Source: a bacterium (lineage in GTDB: Bacteria > Patescibacteriota > Saccharimonadia > Saccharimonadales > UBA4665). From it: a DNA stretch of 64,000 bases. The translations under genes were made by a program, and so were the position numbers. Below the pieces are notes generated by a model that saw only the letters and a list, made by a program, of their open reading frames with translations, made no database searches and was not told the DNA's origin. The stretch's first letter is position 1; every line of letters begins with the position of its first letter. Of this stretch, positions 28,639 to 38,243 are shown one piece after another. The DNA lies in the NCBI GenBank assembly GCA_021804085.1, contig JAJZKM010000002.1:4345-68344 (forward strand), in the 5' to 3' direction.

Positions 28639-29175
28639 ATGAATCACGGACCAAAACCATTCAAGCAACTGGGTGAAACATTGCGCGATTTGCGTAATTC
28701 GAATCGTGAAAGTTTAGCCGAGGTTTCTGGTGCCGTGGAGATCGATGAGCATATATTGAAAAGATATGAAGCAGGTATTGATCGTCCGGATGAAGAAATA
28801 CTTAACTTATTAATTAGCCACTATAGTTTGCAAGAAAATCTTGCTGCACAGTTGTGGGAGCTGGCTGGATACTCAGATGCTGAAGGTGGAGATATCGGTG
28901 TTATCGAGGAGGCTATGTCTGTCGCCAAACAATTGTTTATGGTCATCTCTCCTGAAAATAGAACGATTTATACTGATGGGATTAGTGTTGATTGCAGTAA
29001 AAGTGGGCTGCAAATTACGTTTACTCAATCTACTCCACAAGACAGAGCGGTAGTAGTCTCAAAATTGGGAATGAGTTATGAGCAGGCTATGGAAGTTATT
29101 AAAACCATAGGGATCGCATTGACTTATGAAAAGTATGGACAAACTCATCTCTTATCGCCACCCAACATTCTGTAA
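28639..29175 (+). CDS. XRE-like HTH domain protein
   Basis: 178 aa. N-terminus LGETLRDLRNSNRESLAEVSGAVEIDEHILKRYEAG resembles an HTH_3 domain. C-terminal domain unknown. Confidence 0.55.
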   Translation: MNHGPKPFKQLGETLRDLRNSNRESLAEVSGAVEIDEHILKRYEAGIDRPDEEILNLLISHYSLQENLAAQLWELAGYSDAEGGDIGVIEEAMSVAKQLFMVISPENRTIYTDGISVDCSKSGLQITFTQSTPQDRAVVVSKLGMSYEQAMEVIKTIGIALTYEKYGQTHLLSPPNIL

Positions 29176-29363
29176 GAATTATTATTGATCTGTTGACTGT
29201 CTTTCTCGATAATGTCGGCTAAGCTTTAGTAAATAAACTTGCTTTAGCTATAAACAAAATTAAACATGAGGAAAATTCATGTCCCTTGAACAGTTCTTCT
29301 ATAATCTTAATAAGCTAACCGAAAAACCACTAGTGTCGACTAAGCCAAGAAAACAATAGTAAT

Positions 29364-29777
29364 CTACTTGCTTAGGTTGTGTAGCTTTCTTAACACATGT
29401 ATAGCAAGAGAATAGTTCATAATGGTCATCGGTATTTCCCCAAAAATTGCCATAACTAAAGCTATATTAAAACCCCTAGAAAACCAATGATAACTTAAGA
29501 TATCGAACCATGCATCCGTAATGAATAATGTGCCGGTGATAATAGCGCTAATAACTACATAAATGGACCGGTTTCGCGCCAGGATCCCAGTCGATAGAAG
29601 TGATAATATTATAATACCGTCTAAACCGACCCAAGTGATATCCCAGTTTTTCGATAGATGATGAGCTGGTAATGCGAAGCTTAAATAAATTGTCCATGGT
29701 ATAAGTATCATGGATATTACAATAAACAGGTTTGATGCCCATGATGGTGGTGTAATTTTAATGCTGTATTTCTTCAT
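29364..29777 (-). CDS. 4-TM membrane protein, unknown function
   Basis: 137 aa, hydrophobic throughout. Confidence 0.5.
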   Translation of the reverse strand: MKKYSIKITPPSWASNLFIVISMILIPWTIYLSFALPAHHLSKNWDITWVGLDGIIILSLLSTGILARNRSIYVVISAIITGTLFITDAWFDILSYHWFSRGFNIALVMAIFGEIPMTIMNYSLAIHVLRKLHNLSK

Positions 29778-29816
29778 AGTATAAAATTAACAAAAATCCT
29801 GCCTAATTTAGTATTT

Positions 29817-30911
29817 TTAAGAACCCCCAGTATATCCGGCTGCATAATGAATGACGAAATAAGTCCAGCCCAAAGAAAACAGTAGTAGTAATATGGGGTA
29901 AGCTAGTTGATTTTTACGTAATTTATCGATAAGCATAAATTGCAAAGGAAAAGCCATGAGTGCATAGCGACTATATCCAGCGAAATTTCCGCCTAAAATA
30001 GGCAATAAGGCGAAAAATAGGCTATATGCGGCTAAGCTAAATTTTCGTTTCCACCAATAAAATACACTAATGATGACCAATATATATAAGATTAAAGATA
30101 TAGGTGTTAATGAGTTTAAGATGGTAGACACAAAACCTGCGCTTAACCAGTGATTGTTTCTTTGGGCGGTTATGAAGTCGAATGGTTTTCCTTCAGTGCT
30201 CCATAGATAGGTTATGTATCCAACAATTCCGGTACAACCTAATGCCATTGCTGTAATGATTTTTTTAATACTAATTTTAGATTCAAATAATAAAAGAGCT
30301 ACCAATGGAATGATAAATACTCCATTTGGATGACATGCAGTATCTAAACCAGTAAAAATTCCGGCCCATATGTAACTACGATTGATTGCAAAGTATATGG
30401 CCCCCAGACTGAGAAAAGCAAAGAGGCTTTCTGTGTATGTGGCTGCTAAAAATACTCCTGTGGGAAAAAATAAAAACAGCAGCAAACCTCTTATTCTCGT
30501 AGAAATATTTAGTCCCAACAGTTGTTTTAAAATCTTTAGATAGAAATATATTGCTCCAGTCAGAGCAGTCCAGCTAACAATTAAGGCACTGATTAATGGT
30601 GAGCGAAAAATGTATATAAATAAATGTACAAGTAATGGATATAAGGGGAAAAACGCAGTAAGGCCGGAGTGTGGTAAATAACCATGTTGAGCTATCTCGA
30701 TGTAATGTGGGCCGTCCCATTCAGACATAAAATCTAAATGAGTAGATGGCTCAGCTAGGTATCGAGCATTTGGATCAACGTTGCCAGGAATGACTTTATT
30801 GGAATAGTAACCAAGAGCTAAGGTTATAGTTATAAAACATACAGCAATAAGCAATGCCAATAAAAATTCGTGCTTTTGTAGCCACTTATAGCCGGATTTT
30901 ATCTGATTCAT
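29817..30911 (-). CDS. GT-C fold membrane glycosyltransferase, PIG-V/mannosyltransferase-like (paralog 1)
   Basis: 364 aa, at least 9 TM. Extracytoplasmic loop motif WDGPHYIEIAQHGY is shared with paralog 34004-35191 (WDGPRYIYIAKHGY). Confidence 0.6.
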   Translation of the reverse strand: MNQIKSGYKWLQKHEFLLALLIAVCFITITLALGYYSNKVIPGNVDPNARYLAEPSTHLDFMSEWDGPHYIEIAQHGYLPHSGLTAFFPLYPLLVHLFIYIFRSPLISALIVSWTALTGAIYFYLKILKQLLGLNISTRIRGLLLFLFFPTGVFLAATYTESLFAFLSLGAIYFAINRSYIWAGIFTGLDTACHPNGVFIIPLVALLLFESKISIKKIITAMALGCTGIVGYITYLWSTEGKPFDFITAQRNNHWLSAGFVSTILNSLTPISLILYILVIISVFYWWKRKFSLAAYSLFFALLPILGGNFAGYSRYALMAFPLQFMLIDKLRKNQLAYPILLLLFSLGWTYFVIHYAAGYTGGS

Positions 30912-31036
30912 CTATTATAAGCATATACTATTTTTATCTAGGTTTCTGTATATGTGATTTCGCAATTGGGAATTTTAATAATAGTTTTTGATCCGTGATT
31001 ATTAATAACTTGTATTTGCTATAATTGTTTTAGCTA

Positions 31037-32380
31037 ATGGACACAAAAAAACCAAAAAATAACCAAGATTCTCTAGGACAAAATCGTAGAGGATATTATA
31101 TAGATGGTATTTCGCCTCAGATTCGTAGAAAGCGACGAAGTCCAGAATATGGCTATCGTTCAGCAACAAGGCCTGCAGTGCGGCCCAGCATTGATTCTCC
31201 GGTATCGATTCCAGCAGAGAATATTGCTATAAATCAGCGTCAAGAAAAATTATTACCAAACAAAAACAACCGTCCTTCATTGATGGGTACGAATTTAATT
31301 AGCAGCAAACAGTATGTCAGGGCAGTCCCAAAACACAAAAAAAGGATAAAGAGAGTAATTAAGCCAGCAATTGTTTCGTTTGCTGTGTTGGTAGTTGGTG
31401 CAGGGTTGTGGCTTGGGACTTCTGTTTTACGAAATGTAGATAAAGTTTTTCATGGAAATGTATTTTCAGACGCTCACGCTCTTATAAGTGGCAGTTCTCT
31501 AAAAGAATCGAATGGTAGGGTTAATATTTTGCTTGCAGGTGACTCGGCTGATGACCCAGGACATAATGGGGCGACTCTTGCGGATTCAATAATGGTAATT
31601 AGTTATGATGTTTCTACTAAAAGTGGATTTATCTTAAGTATTCCAAGAGACTTATGGGTAGATGTTCCTACTATGGGCGGTCAAAAAATCAATGCCGCAA
31701 ACGATGTTGCTAGTTTTAGTGAACCAGGATATCCTTCAGGCGGCATGGGGGCGTTACAGCAAATAGTTCAGAATGATTTAGGAATACCAATAGATTATGA
31801 GGCTCTAATTAATTATGCAGCATTTAAAGATGCCGTTGACACCGTTGGTGGCATCACTATTAATATTAATAGCCCTGATCCAAGGGGTCTTTATGATGCC
31901 TATACCCACCTTAAATTACCCAACGGAATGGTTAATCTCACTGGGCAGGAGGCTTTAGATTTAGCTAGAGCGCGCGGGGATAATGTAGCTGGAGATATTT
32001 CTTATGGATTCCCCGATAGTGACTTTACACGGACAATGTATCAAAGAGAAATGTTAAAAGCTCTATTTAAAAAGGCTCTAAGTGTTGGAGTTTTGTCGAA
32101 TCCGTTAAAAATATCCAGTTTATTTAACAGTTTTAGTAGTAATGTCCAAACTAATCTTTCTTTGGGTGACGCCATTAGCCTCGCAAAGCTCTCTGGAGCT
32201 CTTGATCTTACACAACTACAATCCGAAGCGTATAGTTATGGTGGCAGCAATGCTCTGCTCACTAATTATTTTGCGCCAAATGGGCAAGAAGCTTTAATTC
32301 CATCTGCAGGAATTAATAACTACAGCCAGCTTAGAGAATTTTATATGCAGCTTACTTCATCTAAACCGATAGTACGATAG
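31037..32380 (+). CDS. LytR-CpsA-Psr (LCP) family cell-wall polymer ligase
   Basis: 447 aa. Basic N-terminus plus TM, then LCP core NILLAGDSADDPGHNGATLADSIMVISYD...SIPRDLWV. Confidence 0.85.
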   Translation: MDTKKPKNNQDSLGQNRRGYYIDGISPQIRRKRRSPEYGYRSATRPAVRPSIDSPVSIPAENIAINQRQEKLLPNKNNRPSLMGTNLISSKQYVRAVPKHKKRIKRVIKPAIVSFAVLVVGAGLWLGTSVLRNVDKVFHGNVFSDAHALISGSSLKESNGRVNILLAGDSADDPGHNGATLADSIMVISYDVSTKSGFILSIPRDLWVDVPTMGGQKINAANDVASFSEPGYPSGGMGALQQIVQNDLGIPIDYEALINYAAFKDAVDTVGGITININSPDPRGLYDAYTHLKLPNGMVNLTGQEALDLARARGDNVAGDISYGFPDSDFTRTMYQREMLKALFKKALSVGVLSNPLKISSLFNSFSSNVQTNLSLGDAISLAKLSGALDLTQLQSEAYSYGGSNALLTNYFAPNGQEALIPSAGINNYSQLREFYMQLTSSKPIVR

Positions 32381-32490
32381 GTTCCTGCGGTTACTCTGCT
32401 AAATAAGAGCAAGGTATCAGGTACTGCTGTTCGCGAAAAAATATACTAGATGCTTAGGGTTTCAATGTTGTGTCAGTTCTCTTTAAGTTG
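32381..32490 (+). pseudogene. Possible decayed LytR_C domain following the LCP stop codon
   Basis: Reading on in frame past TAG gives VPAVTLLNKSKVSGTAVREKIY*. A shifted frame then gives LGFQCCVSSL, resembling the V.VLNG.g..GlA....L...GF start of LytR_C domains. Confidence 0.3.
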
Positions 32491-32655
32491 GCGAGGCAAA
32501 TAATTATAAATAGTAATTATATTGAGGCCGTGGGAAAAGATTAAGACAATAAAGTTAATATCAAAATTACTGTTCAGGATTAACCTAGACCAACAGCTAT
32601 TGCATTTTTGGACACATGAGCCAATAATGACAATTATTAATTAGGAAAGAATTCA

Positions 32656-32961
32656 ATGGATTGGCAATTATATGTATACAGTTTTCTTGCAGGAATACTT
32701 GGTGCTAACGGTATACCTCATTTTGTAAAGGGGATAACCGGAGAAAAACACCAGACACCATTCGGCAGGCCATCTTCGGCGGTCATGAACGTTGCTTGGG
32801 GGTGGCTAAACTTCGTAGTCGCCGCAATGCTTATATATTTTGGTCATGTGCATGCGCATTTGCTTCGAGCGTTCGGCTGCGTAGCTATAGGTGCATTGGT
32901 TATATCGTTACTACTTGCGTACACCTGGAGCACGCATCCTGAATACAATAAGGCGAAATAA
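32656..32961 (+). CDS. Small 3-TM membrane protein
   Basis: 101 aa, hydrophobic. AGGAAAG RBS-like sequence upstream. Confidence 0.5.
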   Translation: MDWQLYVYSFLAGILGANGIPHFVKGITGEKHQTPFGRPSSAVMNVAWGWLNFVVAAMLIYFGHVHAHLLRAFGCVAIGALVISLLLAYTWSTHPEYNKAK

Positions 32962-33063
32962 ATAATAGATCATTGGTATAAGTGTCCATGTTTGGTTCTA
33001 TTTGTATATTTGAATATAAATGACACCACATTTAAGGTATAATAGAATTAAGAAGGAGATGGA

Positions 33064-33573
33064 ATGGATACATTTATAAAATTTTCTGCTCAATACTTGT
33101 TTTTGTTTGTTATTCTCGTAATTGTGGTCGCGTTAATAAAAACCCCAAAGGACCAACGATTTCGCTTTCTAGCTGCAATAATTTTTTCTGGCATTATTGC
33201 TTTCATTTTATCGCGAATAGCAGGCAAATTATATTACGATCCTCGACCTTTTGTGACTGAGCACGTTAAGCCACTTATTCCACATGCAGCTGATAATGGT
33301 TTTCCTTCAGACCATGCTCTATTGACTGGAACCCTGACCGCTATCGCTTTTTACTTTAATAAAAAATATGCTACGGCAATGCTAGTTCTTACCTTGATTA
33401 TAGGATGGGCCAGAGTAGCGGCAAAGGTTCATTCTCCTTTGGATATTGCCGGTGGTTGGATCTTTGGGATTATAGGGGCGGTTGCGGGGTATTATCTTAT
33501 AGATTGGTATTTTAAAAAGTATGATCCAAAAATACCATTCAGCAAAACAAGCACAAAAGTAAATAAAAACTAA
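33064..33573 (+). CDS. PAP2-family phosphatase (undecaprenyl-diphosphatase BcrC-like)
   Basis: 169 aa. Motifs KLYYDPRP, PSDH, HSPLDIAGG. Confidence 0.85.
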   Translation: MDTFIKFSAQYLFLFVILVIVVALIKTPKDQRFRFLAAIIFSGIIAFILSRIAGKLYYDPRPFVTEHVKPLIPHAADNGFPSDHALLTGTLTAIAFYFNKKYATAMLVLTLIIGWARVAAKVHSPLDIAGGWIFGIIGAVAGYYLIDWYFKKYDPKIPFSKTSTKVNKN

Positions 33574-33644
33574 CAAGCCTTTAATATATTTGATTATGGT
33601 GGTTTAATGTTTCTATTGGCTTTTAAATAGAAATTAAATTTGGC

Positions 33645-33992
33645 ATGATATCCAATAACAGACAAGAAACTAACATTAGTGAGATTAAGGTAGATTCTCA
33701 AGATATAGCATACCGTATGACTAGTTTTTTATCCTCAAACCAGCACAAAATCATGCAAATGATGATAGACGGAGATTGTATTGCTGAGGTTACTTTTGAA
33801 GATGTATTCCAGAAAATTGATGAGCTGAAAACAGACCAGAATTGTAATATCTGTCTTTCAGAACTCGTTTCTGACCAGAAAGAAGATAATAATACAGATA
33901 AAGAAACTGTGAAGGACGCGTTTAATATTTTGCTTAATAGACGTCACGAGATTATCAGGCAACTGACGATAGAAAGCCAATCTAGAGAATAG
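33645..33992 (+). CDS. Hypothetical acidic protein
   Basis: 115 aa ORF with no recognisable motif. Confidence 0.4.
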   Translation: MISNNRQETNISEIKVDSQDIAYRMTSFLSSNQHKIMQMMIDGDCIAEVTFEDVFQKIDELKTDQNCNICLSELVSDQKEDNNTDKETVKDAFNILLNRRHEIIRQLTIESQSRE

Positions 33993-34003
33993 CTTTAATG
34001 AAT

Positions 34004-35191
34004 CTAGCTACCTATATAGCCTTCCATGTAGATCATAGCTGTGTAGGCCCAGAATACAGTCATAAGAATCAAACCGGGGATAAGTATATGCTTATGTTTT
34101 TTAGCTACTAGAAAGAGCATGTATTGTACCGGAAAAGCCATTAGTACATAGCGATTGAAACCTCCCCATTGTCCACCAACTATGGGAATTAAAAGAAACA
34201 GTAGAGAGTATATAGAAAAACTTTTGCGTATTTTCCAGAAGTATATGGCAGTTACGATAATTAGGACAACGCAAAGAATATTAAAGAATCCTGAATCTTG
34301 AATAAATAGTAAGTATTTGTGGCCTAGCCAACCGTGATATTCTTCTTGAGCGGTTACAAAGGATAGTGGATTATGAAATTTTTCTTGAAGATAGATCATG
34401 AAAGGAATTAATCCTGCGGATCCGCAGGTTATTGTTGCCAAGATCTTTGCAGGATGTACTTTCTCTTCCCATAGAATAAGAGCATCAAATATAATTACAA
34501 ATAAGCCCGTTATATGGGAAAGTGGACAGAGAAACACTAAAGGCAAAATGGCTAACCATTGTTTCTTTAGGGAAAAGTAGATACTACTTAGTGCGATTAC
34601 TGCGAGCAGTGGTTCGGTGTATGTGGCAACTAAAAATATTGCAGTTGGAAAAAGCACAAAGGGGATAAGTGACGCGGCCGCTTCAGAAGGCTTTTTTATC
34701 CAATTTAATAATCTGCCAATCTTTATGAAGAAATATGTAGCACCAATCATCGACATCCAGCTTATAAACAAAGCACACAATAGATATGAATTTATCAGAT
34801 AGTGTAGAAATCTTATTAGCAGAGGGTATAAGGGAAAAAAATTGGAATCAAATACTGAACGGTAACCGTGCTTGGCAATATATATATAACGTGGACCATC
34901 CCAATTAGACAATAATCTAAGTGGGTCTTTAGAATGATATAGATAATTATACTTACTAAATAGAGTGACTATATTATCTGAGGAAAGTCCTATGCCGATA
35001 GTAACTCCTATTACTGCTAGGCAAACAATAAGTGCTATTAGAAAATCATTACCGGATATGATTTTTTGTATCTTCTTTTTATTTAATACAAAAAAAAGTT
35101 TTAAGTATTGAGCTTTATTATTAATATTGTTCATTGATTGCATTATTTTATTTTGAATTGCAATATTATGTATTAGATCCTTACGTGTCAA
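34004..35191 (-). CDS. GT-C fold membrane glycosyltransferase, PIG-V/mannosyltransferase-like (paralog 2)
   Basis: 395 aa. WDGPRYIYIAKHGY motif and collinear TM pattern with 29817-30911. The true start may be an internal Met (MQSMNN...). Confidence 0.6.
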   Translation of the reverse strand: MTRKDLIHNIAIQNKIMQSMNNINNKAQYLKLFFVLNKKKIQKIISGNDFLIALIVCLAVIGVTIGIGLSSDNIVTLFSKYNYLYHSKDPLRLLSNWDGPRYIYIAKHGYRSVFDSNFFPLYPLLIRFLHYLINSYLLCALFISWMSMIGATYFFIKIGRLLNWIKKPSEAAASLIPFVLFPTAIFLVATYTEPLLAVIALSSIYFSLKKQWLAILPLVFLCPLSHITGLFVIIFDALILWEEKVHPAKILATITCGSAGLIPFMIYLQEKFHNPLSFVTAQEEYHGWLGHKYLLFIQDSGFFNILCVVLIIVTAIYFWKIRKSFSIYSLLFLLIPIVGGQWGGFNRYVLMAFPVQYMLFLVAKKHKHILIPGLILMTVFWAYTAMIYMEGYIGS

Positions 35192-35272
35192 TTGCAGCTA
35201 GCAAACAAATTTACTCAAACCCAAATAATTGGTTTTACCATAAACATGACTTCCGACAGCATCATATATTTC

Positions 35273-36022
35273 TTAAGCTGCGTCTCGTCTCAAGAATAGT
35301 ATCCAACCGATTATACTACCAACTATTACATATCCCAAGAAAACGTATAAAGAATTAATAGGGCTAAGATTAGTTTTAGCAACGTTCAAGCCTACCCCTA
35401 GCTCACTATGAAGGGCACTGAAAGGTAAATACACTGTGTTTGATGTGAGCCAAATACTTAATAATCCTTCAACAAGTGTGGGAAAAATCAATAGAGTAAC
35501 CAATGCTCCAATTTGTTCTCTTACCAGCATCGCAATAACTAATCCAATTATTGAATACCCCCAACCATAAAATAGTCCCCGCCAAACAATATTCACAAAA
35601 TAGTATGACTGATGGACAATATGAAGATGATTGGCATCCATACCAGCCAAAGCTAATAGCGGCGAAAGCACCCCAACCAGGCCAGTTGATACCAGGGCTA
35701 TAATTGAAACTACTATAAATTTAGCAACCAAAACTCGACTTCGGCTTTTACTTATTGTTAATGAGTAAGAGGCAAGGTTGTAACGAAACTCATGAGAAAA
35801 GAGAAGTACAGCAATAAGTGCAGGCAAGATGGCCAAGAAACTAATAGATTGTTGAGTTATCCTAAATAGTCGATGGGGATCTAGTAAGTCAATACGGCTT
35901 GAATGCCAACCACCTACATAAAAGCCGAAGAACACAACAAAGATCAACATAAGTCCAAGGATTATATAGGTTGATCGAATAGAAAATACTTTTTTAAACT
36001 CTGCTCTAAGCTGGTTATTCAT
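35273..36022 (-). CDS. ABC-2 type transporter permease
   Basis: 249 aa, 6 TM. The start overlaps the stop of the ATPase gene by 8 nt. Confidence 0.75.
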   Translation of the reverse strand: MNNQLRAEFKKVFSIRSTYIILGLMLIFVVFFGFYVGGWHSSRIDLLDPHRLFRITQQSISFLAILPALIAVLLFSHEFRYNLASYSLTISKSRSRVLVAKFIVVSIIALVSTGLVGVLSPLLALAGMDANHLHIVHQSYYFVNIVWRGLFYGWGYSIIGLVIAMLVREQIGALVTLLIFPTLVEGLLSIWLTSNTVYLPFSALHSELGVGLNVAKTNLSPINSLYVFLGYVIVGSIIGWILFLRRDAA

Positions 36023-36926
36023 TGGTTGGCATCTTCCCGTTAAATTCTTCTGATCCGACTGTAACTTCTAGAAAAGCGTCTTCAAGAGAGGCTGTCTTAG
36101 TCATTAATTCAAAAACTATAATTTTATTTCTAAACGCTAACTCGCCGACTTTGTCGGTTTTCAGCTTTTCTATATTAAAACCACCATTTTCTTTGATATA
36201 GCTTATTTGTTCTTTATCTAAAATTTCCTTAAATTTATCATTATCTTTAACTCGAACAAAAACCGAGGTTCCAACATTGCCACTGATGAAATCTTTCATA
36301 TTCGTATCGGCTAATAGTTTACCCTTACCAATGACCACTATATTATCAGCCAGTAATGACATTTCACTTAAAAGATGTGAAGACACAAAAACACCATGAC
36401 TATCGTCGGCATATGATTTTAGAAATTTTCTTAGCCATACTATTCCTTCCGGATCTAATCCGTTGGCCGGTTCATCTAGTATTAAATAAGTAGGGTTGGC
36501 AAGAAGTGCTGCTGCCAGTCCGAGCCTCTGACTCATGCCTAAAGAAAATTTTCCAGGACTTTCTTTGGCCTCTGAACTTAAACCAACTTTATCAAGTACT
36601 TCATCAACTCTCTTTAGTGGTATATTGCCTTCAATGGCTAGAATTTTCAGATGGTTATGTGCGGAGCGTGTTGGATGGAAAGATTTTGCTTCCAATAAAA
36701 TACCGACCATTTCAGATGGATGAACATAATCGTGTAGTCTTTTACCGTCGTATAGTGTTTGACCCTCACCTTCTGCAAGGTCAAGCATTAATCTCATGGT
36801 CGTAGACTTACCGGCGCCATTAGGGCCGAGAAAACCGGTCACTTTGCCGGTATCAACACGGAAAGAAATTCCATCAACTGCAACTTTCTTACCGAAGTTT
36901 TTCTTCAGTTGTTTTGCTTCAATCAC
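36015..36926 (-). CDS. ABC transporter ATP-binding protein
   Basis: 303 aa. Walker A GPNGAGKST, signature LSLGMSQR, Walker B LILDEP. Confidence 0.92.
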   Translation of the reverse strand: MIEAKQLKKNFGKKVAVDGISFRVDTGKVTGFLGPNGAGKSTTMRLMLDLAEGEGQTLYDGKRLHDYVHPSEMVGILLEAKSFHPTRSAHNHLKILAIEGNIPLKRVDEVLDKVGLSSEAKESPGKFSLGMSQRLGLAAALLANPTYLILDEPANGLDPEGIVWLRKFLKSYADDSHGVFVSSHLLSEMSLLADNIVVIGKGKLLADTNMKDFISGNVGTSVFVRVKDNDKFKEILDKEQISYIKENGGFNIEKLKTDKVGELAFRNKIIVFELMTKTASLEDAFLEVTVGSEEFNGKMPTNE

Positions 36927-36988
36927 TTACTCATAATACAGTTAACCTAACTGTATGACAATTGACTATTATCAAAGCAGATAGATGT

Positions 36989-37447
36989 TTACTCAGCTAA
37001 ATTTAAGTAATGATTACTTAATAGATAGGTGTCTTGATCGGCGTGCATTCCCTCAGGTACTTTAATGAACCAATCGCCATCTAGGGCTTCACGGTTGGGA
37101 TTGATGGTGCTCGAATATGCTTCAACCTCAAAAACAATACCAACAGGAGAGTCTAAGCCGTTTTCAAAATGACTGGGATATTCTATATAACCTACATTTT
37201 TTGCTTTAGTTACATTAATACCCAACTCTCGTTTGGCGATTCGCTGGACAGCCTTGATCATGAGTTCTCCGAATCTAACCGTTCCGCCAGGTAAATGCCA
37301 CTGACCCCTACAAGGTTCTGTTGCACGCTTTGTTAAGTAAATACGCCCATCTTTATTCTTGACAATTATTTCGACGGTTAATCTAGGAACTTTTGAATAT
37401 ATAAAATTAAATTCTTCTTTGCTTAGCTGTTGTTCGTATTTGGTCAC
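36989..37447 (-). CDS. NUDIX hydrolase
   Basis: 152 aa. Nudix box GGTVRFGELMIKAVQRIAKRELGI. Confidence 0.85.
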   Translation of the reverse strand: MTKYEQQLSKEEFNFIYSKVPRLTVEIIVKNKDGRIYLTKRATEPCRGQWHLPGGTVRFGELMIKAVQRIAKRELGINVTKAKNVGYIEYPSHFENGLDSPVGIVFEVEAYSSTINPNREALDGDWFIKVPEGMHADQDTYLLSNHYLNLAE

Positions 37448-37479
37448 CTAATTATTGTAGCAAAATATATTCTAATGCA

Positions 37480-37556
37480 TGGTGCGCCCGAAGGGATTCG
37501 AACCCCCGGCCTTTGGTACCGGAAACCAACGCTCTTTCCAGCTGAGCTACGGGCGC
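37480..37556 (-). tRNA. tRNA-Arg (anticodon CCG), CCA encoded
   Basis: Acceptor GCGCCCG/CGGGCGC, anticodon arm TTGGT-TTCCGGT-ACCAA, T loop TTCGAAT. Confidence 0.9.
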
Positions 37557-37925
37557 ATCATATATTGTTTAGTTTACCAAAAGAAATGATAATCGTTTGA
37601 AATTTCTAGCATCAAGCCGCAACCATTAATCTACTTATTTTCCTGCATTTACTCAAATATATTTAGAATACTTTCCTACGTAGAATGGCTAGGTATAACA
37701 TACAACAAAACTCAATTGAAGTAAGGTAGTGATAAGGTTTTCCATATGAGGTGTATGTGGTCAGAATTAGTACTATTTTATTTTATAGCTCTTTAGGCAA
37801 TTGAAGGTTAGTCTACTAATTATCATTACTATTGTCGTTAACAATATCTGGTCATTATCAAACTTCATAAAAAGAATTGAGAAATTACTTAAGTAAACTT
37901 TTGGGTTAAGCTAAAAAAGATAATC

Positions 37926-38213
37926 TTATTTATTGCTAGAGCGTTTAGGTAATTTTAGACTTACGAAATAGAGCCCAGAAAGAAGAGCTAGGTAAAGAAG
38001 CCCCTCTAAACAGGGTCCTATAAGTTTTAAGTGTTCGCTAACAACGAGAAAAGTACCAGTAGATAATAATCCAATAAAACTAATTGCAGATAATCCCGGT
38101 AGTAGTTTACCTATATTAAAGTGTTGGGTCCACTCGTTGACTACGGAGGCCAACATTAGTGGAATACTAGATAACGCAAAAACTATATGTAGAACTAATA
38201 ACATAGTATCCAT
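37926..38213 (-). CDS. Small 3-TM membrane protein
   Basis: 95 aa hydrophobic ORF. Confidence 0.45.
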   Translation of the reverse strand: MDTMLLVLHIVFALSSIPLMLASVVNEWTQHFNIGKLLPGLSAISFIGLLSTGTFLVVSEHLKLIGPCLEGLLYLALLSGLYFVSLKLPKRSSNK

Positions 38214-38243
38214 TATAGCACTAGCATTTACTCAAAGTAATAG

